Source of the DNA: Candidatus Latescibacterota bacterium
GTDB taxonomy: Bacteria > Latescibacterota > UBA2968 > GCA-2709665
Assembly: GCA_965219455.1 (NCBI GenBank)
Contig: OZ244744.1
Coordinates: forward strand, 1,088,001-1,152,000
DNA length: 64,000 bases
Direction: 5' to 3'
Below, piece after piece: positions 40,819-49,737 of this stretch (positions are counted from its first letter, which is position 1; each line of letters begins with the position of its first letter). The translations under genes and the position numbers were made by a program. The notes beneath the pieces were generated by a model, which saw nothing but the letters and a program-made list of their open reading frames with translations, did not search any database and was not told the DNA's origin.

Positions 40819-42759
40819 TCATTGCGAGGGTTCCGGATTCAGCAGATTTGAAATATGAACCGCCTGAAGCAGATTGGCGGCCTCCAGCTGGATTCGCAGA
40901 GACCGGCGGCGCGGCAGCAACGTGGTCTCGCCCGGCATAGGTGGCAGGATCACCGCCTCGATCACACCTGGATTTATATTCAGATTACGCGCGGGACACT
41001 TTGGCCAGAGCGCGTGGCTGCCGCGAAAGGCGATGGGAATCATCACGACGTCCTGGGGCAGTTTCGCAAACAGAGCGTGTTGCAGCGGAAACAACTGCAC
41101 GTCGAACGAAGCCGTTGTGCCCATCGGATAAATCAGACCCGGGCGGTGTTCCATCTCCTTCAGGATGCGCGGAATCGTATGGGATGAGATATCCACGCTG
41201 TCTCGAGTGATGAAGCCGTCGACGGTCTCGAACATCCGGTCGAACTTGTCGGGAGACATACCGAAGATACTGATCTCGCGGGATCCGATTTTCACCGACG
41301 TCGACTTCGCCAGTCCCGTGCGGGCCAACTGAACCACCGGTCGGGAACGATCCCATCCCATGGCATCCAGAAACACCGGATCGTTGAACACCGAAAACAC
41401 CACGAAATGCTCCAGCATGCTCTGGTGCGAGGGCAGGAACAGAATCTTCTGACCGCCACCGGAAAGGTCCATTTCCCGGACAAGTGTTCGAAACATCGGG
41501 GCTATCGTCACTTCCAGCCGGATGCCGAACGCATTCATCGTGTCCCGGGACCAGTCCAGCCAGACCTGCCAGGCGCGCTCATGCCGGAGTGGCGGCGTGA
41601 GATCCTCCTCAGCGATGCGGCGCCGGCGTTTCCCAACCCGCCAGCAGCGGCTCGCCCACTTCAACATCCGGAGTTTGCGCTGGAAGGACGTCAGTTCCTG
41701 TGTGACCCCCACGTGGGCGTAGTCCAGAAACCGACCCGTTCGGGAACCTGCCAACAGAGGTGGGAGCGCCATTTCCGCCAACCCGTCCCGGTCCCGTACC
41801 GCCGAATTCACGCCTTCCACAATCCGGGCGCTCAGATCGATCATATCCCGCGTCAGATAACTGTACGGCTGCCCGTACCAGTAGTTCTCCGGCCTGAGCC
41901 GGGAGGGATCCTCCCGGTGCGCCGCCAGGAACTCCACCAGCATACTCCTGCCCAGGTCCACGTCTGACTTCAGCGTCGCCGAGCGCGCGGGATCCGATTC
42001 CTCAATCTGGTACAGCAGGACATCGGCTTCCGCGACCACCTTCCACACCGAACTGCCGAACCATCCCAGGTTATTGTACGTGTTGTAGCGCGTGGCGAAG
42101 AGCTCACCGGCGGCGATGTAGTGCAACGTCCTCTGGGCCACGTCTTCCAGGAGTTCCCGAAGCGATCCCTTCCACGTCTTTCCATCCACCGTACAGTCGT
42201 ATTCGGCCTCCCAGTGCGGGTCGTCGTCCATCGCCACGCGCGAGAGCGCTTCGGCCACGGATCTGGCGTGTGACAGCGGCACCCGGGAGATCCGGGCCCG
42301 CGCCAGGGACGTTTCGGCCGGGTCGGGGGAGAAATCGTCCCCTTTCGCAAGCGCCTCCACGTAGAGAGACTGGTAGCGTTTCAGAAAATCACGCGCCGTA
42401 CCAGCGCCGCTCGCAACAAACTGATTCCGCAGGCGCAGATAGATCCGGCTGCCTTCGTGATACGCGGGCGTCAGTTCATCGAACTGGTCGTGGGCTTCCT
42501 TCAGACGCCTGTCCCGCAGCGCGGGAACGCCGCGATAAATCGCGTCCACAATCCGCGCACGCTTACGCAGGCCCTCGAGGCCGATCTCGTCGGCGGCACC
42601 CTCGGGCCACGTCAGGTCCCCGGTCGCCCACCCCTCGAAATAGCCTTCGGGCCGGACCGCGGCAACCAACTCGGCTGCGGCCTGATCGTAAGCGGCTCCC
42701 AGCCGGGCAGGATCCTGCATCAGGATGCGGTGTACGGGATCTGATTGATTTCGATCCAT
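40819..42759 (-). CDS. Glycerolipid acyltransferase-fold protein with unknown N-terminal domain (candidate DHAP acyltransferase)
   Basis: C-terminal ILFLPSHQSMLE (motif I variant), IYPMGT (motif III variant), MIPIAFRG (motif IV). Confidence 0.65.
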   Translation of the reverse strand: MDRNQSDPVHRILMQDPARLGAAYDQAAAELVAAVRPEGYFEGWATGDLTWPEGAADEIGLEGLRKRARIVDAIYRGVPALRDRRLKEAHDQFDELTPAYHEGSRIYLRLRNQFVASGAGTARDFLKRYQSLYVEALAKGDDFSPDPAETSLARARISRVPLSHARSVAEALSRVAMDDDPHWEAEYDCTVDGKTWKGSLRELLEDVAQRTLHYIAAGELFATRYNTYNNLGWFGSSVWKVVAEADVLLYQIEESDPARSATLKSDVDLGRSMLVEFLAAHREDPSRLRPENYWYGQPYSYLTRDMIDLSARIVEGVNSAVRDRDGLAEMALPPLLAGSRTGRFLDYAHVGVTQELTSFQRKLRMLKWASRCWRVGKRRRRIAEEDLTPPLRHERAWQVWLDWSRDTMNAFGIRLEVTIAPMFRTLVREMDLSGGGQKILFLPSHQSMLEHFVVFSVFNDPVFLDAMGWDRSRPVVQLARTGLAKSTSVKIGSREISIFGMSPDKFDRMFETVDGFITRDSVDISSHTIPRILKEMEHRPGLIYPMGTTASFDVQLFPLQHALFAKLPQDVVMIPIAFRGSHALWPKCPARNLNINPGVIEAVILPPMPGETTLLPRRRSLRIQLEAANLLQAVHISNLLNPEPSQ

Positions 42760-42885
42760 TTGTCCTCAGCCCCACAAAAAGAGCCGAAAGCCCGCCTGCG
42801 CGTGGTTTCGATTCGCCCGGTCGCGTCCCCGTTTCCGGAATCATCGACCGTTGACGGTCTTTAACCTCGAACCCCCGCAAGCCGG

Positions 42886-44520
42886 TCAATCGGCCTCGGC
42901 GGTCAACACGGAAACCGCCCCGTCCCCCTCTTTCAATACATGGTGTTTCAATCCCGGAATGTGGATCTCCTGGATATACTCCCGCCAATCGATGCGCGTC
43001 ACGTCGAAGTTGAACACCTTCCGGTCTTCCGGGTTCAGCGCCTGGAACAGCCGGCGGGTATTCTCCGTTTCGAACTCGCAGTCGAGATGGGTGTACCCGC
43101 AATATATATTGACGAGGGACTCGAGCCTGACCAGCATTGCCTCCATTCCGGAAACCCGTCGCCTGTAACGGGAAAACCACCGGGCAGGCAGATAATCGAC
43201 GGCCGCCTTCAAAAGGCTCAGCGGAAGCTTGTATTTCAATGCAACCAGCCAGCAGAACCGCCGCCTGCTGATGAACTGCCAGGGCCGGACTTCAATGGGC
43301 CGCCCGTACCGGTCCTGCATGGGCGAGGTCTTGAAGTACCCGTAAACCAGTTCGACCATCTCACCCGCCCGCACCGGATTCTGTGAGCCCGACGCCACCT
43401 GGTAGACCTTCATCTCCCGCGACCCATGCACCTGTGGAAGCACCGCCGTGACGGCGTTGTTTAACATGTCCACGGGTATAATATCCAGCACGATCCCCGG
43501 ATCGATGGGGAAATTGGACAGACGACCCTTGCCGTAGTGGACGATCAGCGGGTCGGCGACTTTCAGATCCTCCACCCAGCCCGGCTCCGGGTCCTCGAGG
43601 CTGCTCTCTACGATGGCCGGACGGACGATGGCCGTTGGAAGGTCACCCCTCGACTTTACGATCAACTGCTCACCCATCGCCTTGGTGAGCGTGTAGCTGT
43701 CGTTCCAGCCGAACCTCCGCGCCCGCCGCATCCCGTCGTCCACCAGTTGCTTCCGAATCCAGCGCTGCCGAAGCGCTTCGACCTGGTGCGCTTTCCGGTA
43801 TTCGGTCACACGTTTGCCACGGTCCTGGCGCCTGAGTTGCTTCAGGAATGCCGCCTCCAGGTCGGGCTTTTTGGACGCCGCCTGGACCTCCTGGGCGAAA
43901 GCCCGGATGGCATCGATCTCGCCCTGCAGGTCGAACCCGGCCGGGGTTTCGTTGATGAGATCCGAAGCGCTCCGATCCTGGGGAAACGGGTCCTCGGGAA
44001 TCCGGCCGGTCCGCTGTCCGCTTACGTACGCGGTCGACACGTGAACCAGCGCGGCTTTCCGGCAGGTTTTTGCGAAGGCCACGACCCGCGCCGCCCCCAT
44101 GGTATTCTGTTCGAGCGCACTGTCGATGGGCTCGTCGAAAACCACGGTTCCGGCGAAATTCACCACAAAGTCCGCTTCTTCAATCAGACGCTCGCGCTGT
44201 TCGGAGGAAATTCCCAGTCCTTCTTCGGTCAGGTCTCCGGCGACCGCGACGACCTTCTCTGCCATCACCAACGGAAACGCCGCGCCCCACCTCGTCCTCA
44301 GCCTTGCGAACGCGCGCGACTGAAGGACCTCCGCCTCCAGCCGCTCCGCCTCGGAAACCCGTTGGCCGTTGGAACGCGACCGCGGCCGGATCAGGAGATA
44401 GATCCGCGCCACCTCCGGCGCGGAAAACAGGATCTTCTCCACGAATCCCTTCGCCAGAAACCCAGTCGCGCCGGTTACAAACAGCGTCTTGCCGCTCAGA
44501 AACTCTGAAATGGACTGCAT
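42886..44520 (-). CDS. Alcohol-forming fatty acyl-CoA reductase (FAR/male-sterility family)
   Basis: TGATGFLAK, HVSTAYV, YTLTKAMGE, IVRPAIVES..PEPGW, DIIPVD, C-terminal FNFDVTRIDW..Y...HIPGL. Confidence 0.92.
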   Translation of the reverse strand: MQSISEFLSGKTLFVTGATGFLAKGFVEKILFSAPEVARIYLLIRPRSRSNGQRVSEAERLEAEVLQSRAFARLRTRWGAAFPLVMAEKVVAVAGDLTEEGLGISSEQRERLIEEADFVVNFAGTVVFDEPIDSALEQNTMGAARVVAFAKTCRKAALVHVSTAYVSGQRTGRIPEDPFPQDRSASDLINETPAGFDLQGEIDAIRAFAQEVQAASKKPDLEAAFLKQLRRQDRGKRVTEYRKAHQVEALRQRWIRKQLVDDGMRRARRFGWNDSYTLTKAMGEQLIVKSRGDLPTAIVRPAIVESSLEDPEPGWVEDLKVADPLIVHYGKGRLSNFPIDPGIVLDIIPVDMLNNAVTAVLPQVHGSREMKVYQVASGSQNPVRAGEMVELVYGYFKTSPMQDRYGRPIEVRPWQFISRRRFCWLVALKYKLPLSLLKAAVDYLPARWFSRYRRRVSGMEAMLVRLESLVNIYCGYTHLDCEFETENTRRLFQALNPEDRKVFNFDVTRIDWREYIQEIHIPGLKHHVLKEGDGAVSVLTAEAD

Positions 44521-45013
44521 AACATCCCGACGTGAACAAAAAACCCGTTTCCTCGCCCTCGAAGTACAGACGCCGGATTACTGAAGAGCATCCGACTCTG
44601 CTCCTCCTTCTTAGCGCTGGGAGGTCAAGTAAACGGGGCGACTCAATTTCGCGAAATTGTAATGTGCAATGCCAACTCCAAACTGCACCACCGGAGTTCG
44701 TTTGCCAGATAAAGAAGGAAATTCAAGAACCGCTTCGAGTCAAGGGAAATCTACTTTCGCCAACCTTCTGCCATGTGTCCGGAGGCGGATTGCCGCCGAT
44801 GAAGATATGCGCCACACGCTATAGACCGGATGTACCCGTATCCGCTGGTATTTCTCCTCGAGGCGCCACTAGCGTTGAGATCGGCCATGGGCGCACTTCC
44901 GCACCTTGCAATCCGAAACGATACTGACTATATTACCTCAAAATACGGATTGAAGACCGTGTCTGCACATCGAATATCCCATCCTCCTCTTATCTATATT
45001 TATAAATTATAAT

Positions 45014-46345
45014 ATGTTAAATGCCAATCAGACCGATCGATTGCATCATAAAATGAAGGCGCAGAACAAACTGCGGCCCGAAGACAGAGCGGTTCATGAC
45101 TGGTATCGTTTCATCCTGTCATTCCCGCCTCACCTGGTCCGCGACTATCTCGACCGGTTCGACGTTAGACGGTCCGACACGGTCCTCGACCCATTTTGTG
45201 GGACCGGAACCACGCCCGTAGAGTGCAAAAAGCTCGGCATCGGCAGCGTTGGGATCGAGCCGAACCCCATGGCGTTTTTCGCAAGTTCGGTGAAGGTCGA
45301 CTGGCGTGTAAGTCACGAAGAGTTGCTCGGCTACGCGGAAGAGGTAGCGCTATCGACGAAGAAGACGCTGGAAGAACAGGGCTTTGATGAATGGAAGGAT
45401 CTTCCTCTTTTCGCAGCAAATGGAAATCCGACAACCACGCTGAAGGAACTTCCTGCTGAACGGTCGAAAATACTCTTGAAGGACTCTATCAGCCCGCGTC
45501 CTCTGCACAAGGCACTCGTGCTGCTGGATACAATCGACCGGCACGGAAATCATCAGTTGCAACGTTACGGCCGCCTCTGCTTTGCCAACGCACTGGTACA
45601 CCGCATCAGCAACCTCAAATTCGGGCCGGAGGTCGGGGTCGGGAAAATTAAATACGATGCACCGGTCGTGGACGCCTGGCTTGATTGTATACGGACTGCT
45701 GTCCGGGACGTTCACCTTTATGATGGCCGGGCAAGCATCGCCAGCCGAATCATCAACGCCGACGCTCGCAACGTCGAAAACATCCTGAAACCGGGTTCCG
45801 TCGATTTTGTAATTACCTCCCCGCCATATCCGAACGAGAAGGATTACACGAGAACGACCCGCCTGGAATCTGTTGTTCTCGGCTTGATAAAAAACCGACG
45901 TGAACTGAGGATGCTGAAACAGAATCTGGTCAGGTCCAACACACGCGGCGTCTACAAAGCCGACACCGACGACCGGGAAATCGCGGACAATGTTGCAATA
46001 CGCAGCATCGCGGATGAAATAGAAAAACGGCGTATCGCCCTCGGCAAGACATCGGGTTTCGAGCGCCAGTACGCCCGCGTCACCCTCCTCTATTTCGGGG
46101 GCATGGCAAAGCACCTGGCGTCTCTTCGACCCGCTCTCAAACGGGGGGCAAAGCTCGCGTACGTGGTGGGCGACCAGGCGTCCTATCTGCGGGTGATGAT
46201 CAGAACGGGCGAACTTCTGGCCGGTATCGCGGATACATTGGGTTACACTGTCACCGGGATCGACCTGTTTCGAACCAGGCCTTCTACAGTGACGGGTGAA
46301 CAGCTCAGGGAAGAAGTCGTAAACCTGGAATGGCCCGGCCGTTGA
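45014..46345 (+). CDS. Amino (probably N4-cytosine) DNA methyltransferase
   Basis: Motif I DPFCGTGTT precedes motif IV TSPPY. Confidence 0.88.
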   Translation: MLNANQTDRLHHKMKAQNKLRPEDRAVHDWYRFILSFPPHLVRDYLDRFDVRRSDTVLDPFCGTGTTPVECKKLGIGSVGIEPNPMAFFASSVKVDWRVSHEELLGYAEEVALSTKKTLEEQGFDEWKDLPLFAANGNPTTTLKELPAERSKILLKDSISPRPLHKALVLLDTIDRHGNHQLQRYGRLCFANALVHRISNLKFGPEVGVGKIKYDAPVVDAWLDCIRTAVRDVHLYDGRASIASRIINADARNVENILKPGSVDFVITSPPYPNEKDYTRTTRLESVVLGLIKNRRELRMLKQNLVRSNTRGVYKADTDDREIADNVAIRSIADEIEKRRIALGKTSGFERQYARVTLLYFGGMAKHLASLRPALKRGAKLAYVVGDQASYLRVMIRTGELLAGIADTLGYTVTGIDLFRTRPSTVTGEQLREEVVNLEWPGR

Positions 46346-47175
46346 CGAGCGGAGAGGAGTACCGCATTTCTGCCAAGAATCGCTATTCAGCCATCATAGA
46401 GGCAATCTTCCATGCCAGGTTCCAACCGGGTCAACGTGAAGTTGATTTTGAACGGGAAGACATCGTTACGTTCGCCTCTGAACTCAACATTGGCGTACCA
46501 AGGAATCTCGGCGACGTGATCTACAGTTTCCGCTACAGGACACCGCTTCCCGACAGTATTCGGGAAACGGCGCCAGACAAAGAGACGTGGATCATCAGGG
46601 GCGCTGGCACGAGTCGGTACAGGTTTGTCCTGGTGAGTGATATACCGCTCACGCCGAATCCGAACCTGTCGGTCACAAAGGTCCCGGACTCTACTCCGGG
46701 AATAATTGCCAGGTACTCTTTCAGTGATGAACAGGCTGTACTGGCCCGGGTTCGATACAACCGTTTGATCGACATCTTCCTGGGCATCGCCTGCTACTCG
46801 CTGCAGAACCATCTCTGGACGACCGTGCCGAATATGGGCCAAGTCGAAACCGACGAAATTTACGTGGGTGTTGATAAAAGCGGTTCCCACTATGTGATAC
46901 CGGTCCAGGCCAAGGGTGGCAATGACAGACTCAGCAGGGTTCAGATCGAGCAGGACATTGCGCTTTGCACCGACAAATTACCAGACCTGATTTGCCGCCC
47001 GATTGGTGCGCAAATCATGCGGGACGATGTGATTGCGCTTTTGGAATTCGAGGAGGACGGAAACGATATTCGAATCGTCTCGGAGAAACAGTATCAATTG
47101 GTGCCGCCGGACGCCGTAACTCGGGAGGATTTAAAAAGATACAGGCAGCGATTGTCCGACGGTACGGGGGGTTGA
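46330..47175 (+). CDS. Probable type II restriction endonuclease
   Basis: Overlaps the MTase end; ETDEIY...VQAK is a PD-(D/E)xK-like motif. Confidence 0.7.
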   Translation: MARPLTSGEEYRISAKNRYSAIIEAIFHARFQPGQREVDFEREDIVTFASELNIGVPRNLGDVIYSFRYRTPLPDSIRETAPDKETWIIRGAGTSRYRFVLVSDIPLTPNPNLSVTKVPDSTPGIIARYSFSDEQAVLARVRYNRLIDIFLGIACYSLQNHLWTTVPNMGQVETDEIYVGVDKSGSHYVIPVQAKGGNDRLSRVQIEQDIALCTDKLPDLICRPIGAQIMRDDVIALLEFEEDGNDIRIVSEKQYQLVPPDAVTREDLKRYRQRLSDGTGG

Positions 47176-47213
47176 AGGATGGAAAACAACGGGATCGAGA
47201 TAAACACTTGAAT

Positions 47214-47414
47214 TCACTCGGCGTGTTGCGATAGTAGCGCTCTGACTGAGGGAACCAACGGGTTGGGGATTTGCATCAGCGTGTGCGTTTTGTACTGAAG
47301 AGCCGTCTCATCTTCCACCACTGCCTCTTCCTCTGTCTGTGATTCGTAATGTTGTAGAAGCCGTTGGACACGTTCCTCGTCCCAGCCGTTTGGAAACCTG
47401 GTCATATTCTTCAT
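47214..47414 (-). CDS. Small antitoxin-like hypothetical protein
   Basis: FPNGWDEERVQRLLQHYESQTEEEAV.EDE...IP..LVPSVRALL, recalled as a small TA-associated family. Confidence 0.5.
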   Translation of the reverse strand: MKNMTRFPNGWDEERVQRLLQHYESQTEEEAVVEDETALQYKTHTLMQIPNPLVPSVRALLSQHAE

Positions 47415-47601
47415 CTTTTTCTCGGCCGCGATATGGGGCGGATTGTTTGGCTCTAAGTTCCGGTAACTGAATCTCCTACAAGTAGTCATCCGTCAGAAGC
47501 CATACTTGAAACTGCGCCGGACAAAGAGACGTCGATTATTCACGCTGCAAGAGCGATGTAGTCCATTTACAGTCCTGCGATAATATCATCGAATTTAAAA
47601 C

Positions 47602-48390
47602 TCAACTATTGTGATTCTCCGAGACAAAACGTTCATACGTCTTCCTTAGTTTCTTATACGCCTGCACGAAATTCTGACCTGCTTTTGTCCGCAATTCTGC
47701 ATCCATAAACCTTGCTGTATTTGATTCCAAGAACGACTGTCGTATAAGAATTAGACTACCGTCTTTTCTAAATCCTAATTCCTTAACTTCGGTCTTATTA
47801 TGTCGTGAAACATGGAGGAACCACTCACACCCTCCATAAGCCAAAAGATATACATGCAAACCGTCTAATCTAAGCCGAAACGCCGGAGATACAAGACTGT
47901 GAACAATAGCATCATTGTGGACTAGGAGCTGGCCAATAATCGAATACTCATGTTCTTCGCCAGCATTTTCACTGAGAATCAGTTGAGCAATGCGTCTTTC
48001 GTGAGGCCCCAGACTAACAGTAGCGAATGCTTTGTCTTTAGATACCGAACAACGCCAAAGAACGCTTAAATGAAACAACTTAAACGTAGTATAATCAAAC
48101 CCCTCTAATCTCCAATATTCTTTCGTACATTGCACCGGCAACCGACCCCGGGCATACCAATCAGTTCTAAAACGTCCCTCAATCTTACTCAAATGTTGCT
48201 CACACTTTACACATAACAGAGGTTCGCGAATTCCCTTTTGTACGATGATTCGTGATATTTCGTGAGTATTAAATTTGATCGCCCGGTGCTTCGGATCATA
48301 ACAATACTTATAAAGAAACTCTGGCAATATATGAGAGTTTTGTAGTTTGCTGACACACCCACAAAGTTTGCAAATTTCACCTTGACTCAT
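47602..48390 (-). CDS. HNH/zinc-finger endonuclease-like hypothetical protein
   Basis: CKLC...SHILP...LLCVKCE; AT-rich relative to the flanks. Confidence 0.6.
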   Translation of the reverse strand: MSQGEICKLCGCVSKLQNSHILPEFLYKYCYDPKHRAIKFNTHEISRIIVQKGIREPLLCVKCEQHLSKIEGRFRTDWYARGRLPVQCTKEYWRLEGFDYTTFKLFHLSVLWRCSVSKDKAFATVSLGPHERRIAQLILSENAGEEHEYSIIGQLLVHNDAIVHSLVSPAFRLRLDGLHVYLLAYGGCEWFLHVSRHNKTEVKELGFRKDGSLILIRQSFLESNTARFMDAELRTKAGQNFVQAYKKLRKTYERFVSENHNS

Positions 48391-48541
48391 TTTTTTGGTC
48401 TCAAAAAAAACGCGACTTATACGCGGTAGGTTTTCACGAACAACGATACAAAAGAAAAACCAACAACAACCATCCCATCATATAACATTGAGTTCGGAGA
48501 TTGCGTTGTGTAATGAATGAGTCGCTTGATAACTGTAGCAG

Positions 48542-49627
48542 TCACGGAGCATCGCCGCCAGATCCAGCCAAATGCCGCTGCAGCAGATTGTACGCGGCTC
48601 GAGCATTTGCATACTCACTTTTTATATCGCGATATATCGCGTCGGTTAGGTGACGGGACGGATGCGCCAGGTTCCGCAGGCTTCGCATCATTTCAATGAG
48701 CGATCGTGAACTTATCCGTTGATCCCCAACTACAAATTCAGGTAGCCAACCTGCCGCGGCTGCCACCCGCTCAAGGTCTACCAAGGTCCATCGCTTAGGA
48801 TTCTCTCGTCTCGGCCGCTCGGATTCCGACATTCGATCACGGACGTACTGTACATGGTCAAGGTGCTTCAAACATGCAGATAGGAGGGCAGCCTCCATTG
48901 CGGACCCGATCATGACCGTTGCAGCGTAATATGCTCCCCTTTTGGCACATTTTTCGGCTTCGTCTTCGAATCGTTTCTGAACAGCGTACAACTGTTCTAC
49001 CTCGGATTTTTCCACATGAGCGAGTTGGCGACCTTGCGCTCGTTGCGCGTCGTACGATTTGCGGTCCTGGCAGTATAGATCAGCTATGTCGTCAAGGCCG
49101 TATTCCCGCAGTGCCTCTTCGAACTTCCTCTCTGTTACTTTCTCGTATTGCTGCTCCAATTTCTCCAAATCATCCGGTCCGTCCCCGATGGGCCAGTACT
49201 CGTCATCATCAAGGCCCTCCCGCTTGCGTATGGCCTCCATGCCCGCGTTAATCTCACCGAGGTCAGATTCGTACAAACCGTCCAGCAAGCGTTCTTCGTG
49301 AACACGTTCGATCGGGTACAACCTAAGCAGAAAACGACAGCTCGGGTCTAACCTACCCGCTGCTTCCGCCCATTCAACAGTTTCGAGCCACACTTTCGCT
49401 TCGGCTTCGACGTCGGACAAGCATCGCTGGTTTCTTCTGGGAACCTCGGTTTCCGAGATACGTTGAAGCTCGTGTGCACAACCTTGAAACTGTTCAAAAG
49501 CCCAGAAACTTTTCAGGATTGTCTCAAGGCCTTGAATTTCTTGATCGGTCAGAGACCCGCCGTCTGTCTGGTCTTCCTCGGTCGAATCATCCATTTCGTT
49601 TCTCCGTCTTGCGATATCCACGTTCAA
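48542..49627 (-). CDS. Hypothetical protein with C-terminal HEPN-like domain
   Basis: AATVMIGSAMEAAL...LRNLAH (R-X4-H). Confidence 0.6.
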   Translation of the reverse strand: MNVDIARRRNEMDDSTEEDQTDGGSLTDQEIQGLETILKSFWAFEQFQGCAHELQRISETEVPRRNQRCLSDVEAEAKVWLETVEWAEAAGRLDPSCRFLLRLYPIERVHEERLLDGLYESDLGEINAGMEAIRKREGLDDDEYWPIGDGPDDLEKLEQQYEKVTERKFEEALREYGLDDIADLYCQDRKSYDAQRAQGRQLAHVEKSEVEQLYAVQKRFEDEAEKCAKRGAYYAATVMIGSAMEAALLSACLKHLDHVQYVRDRMSESERPRRENPKRWTLVDLERVAAAAGWLPEFVVGDQRISSRSLIEMMRSLRNLAHPSRHLTDAIYRDIKSEYANARAAYNLLQRHLAGSGGDAP

Positions 49628-49737
49628 TACGGACTGATCGAAAAAAAGAATTCAAAAAAATCGCTTGCTTGTAACCACCCCTCCCAAGCCGATTTCGATC
49701 GTTAGCAAGTTATCGGAACAAAAAGCACTTGGGCGCC

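Noticed and set aside
49664-49712. Integron attC site (..TAAC...GTTAGC..) between defence genes
   Set aside because: Weak pairing, no recurring sites after other genes and no integrase in the window.
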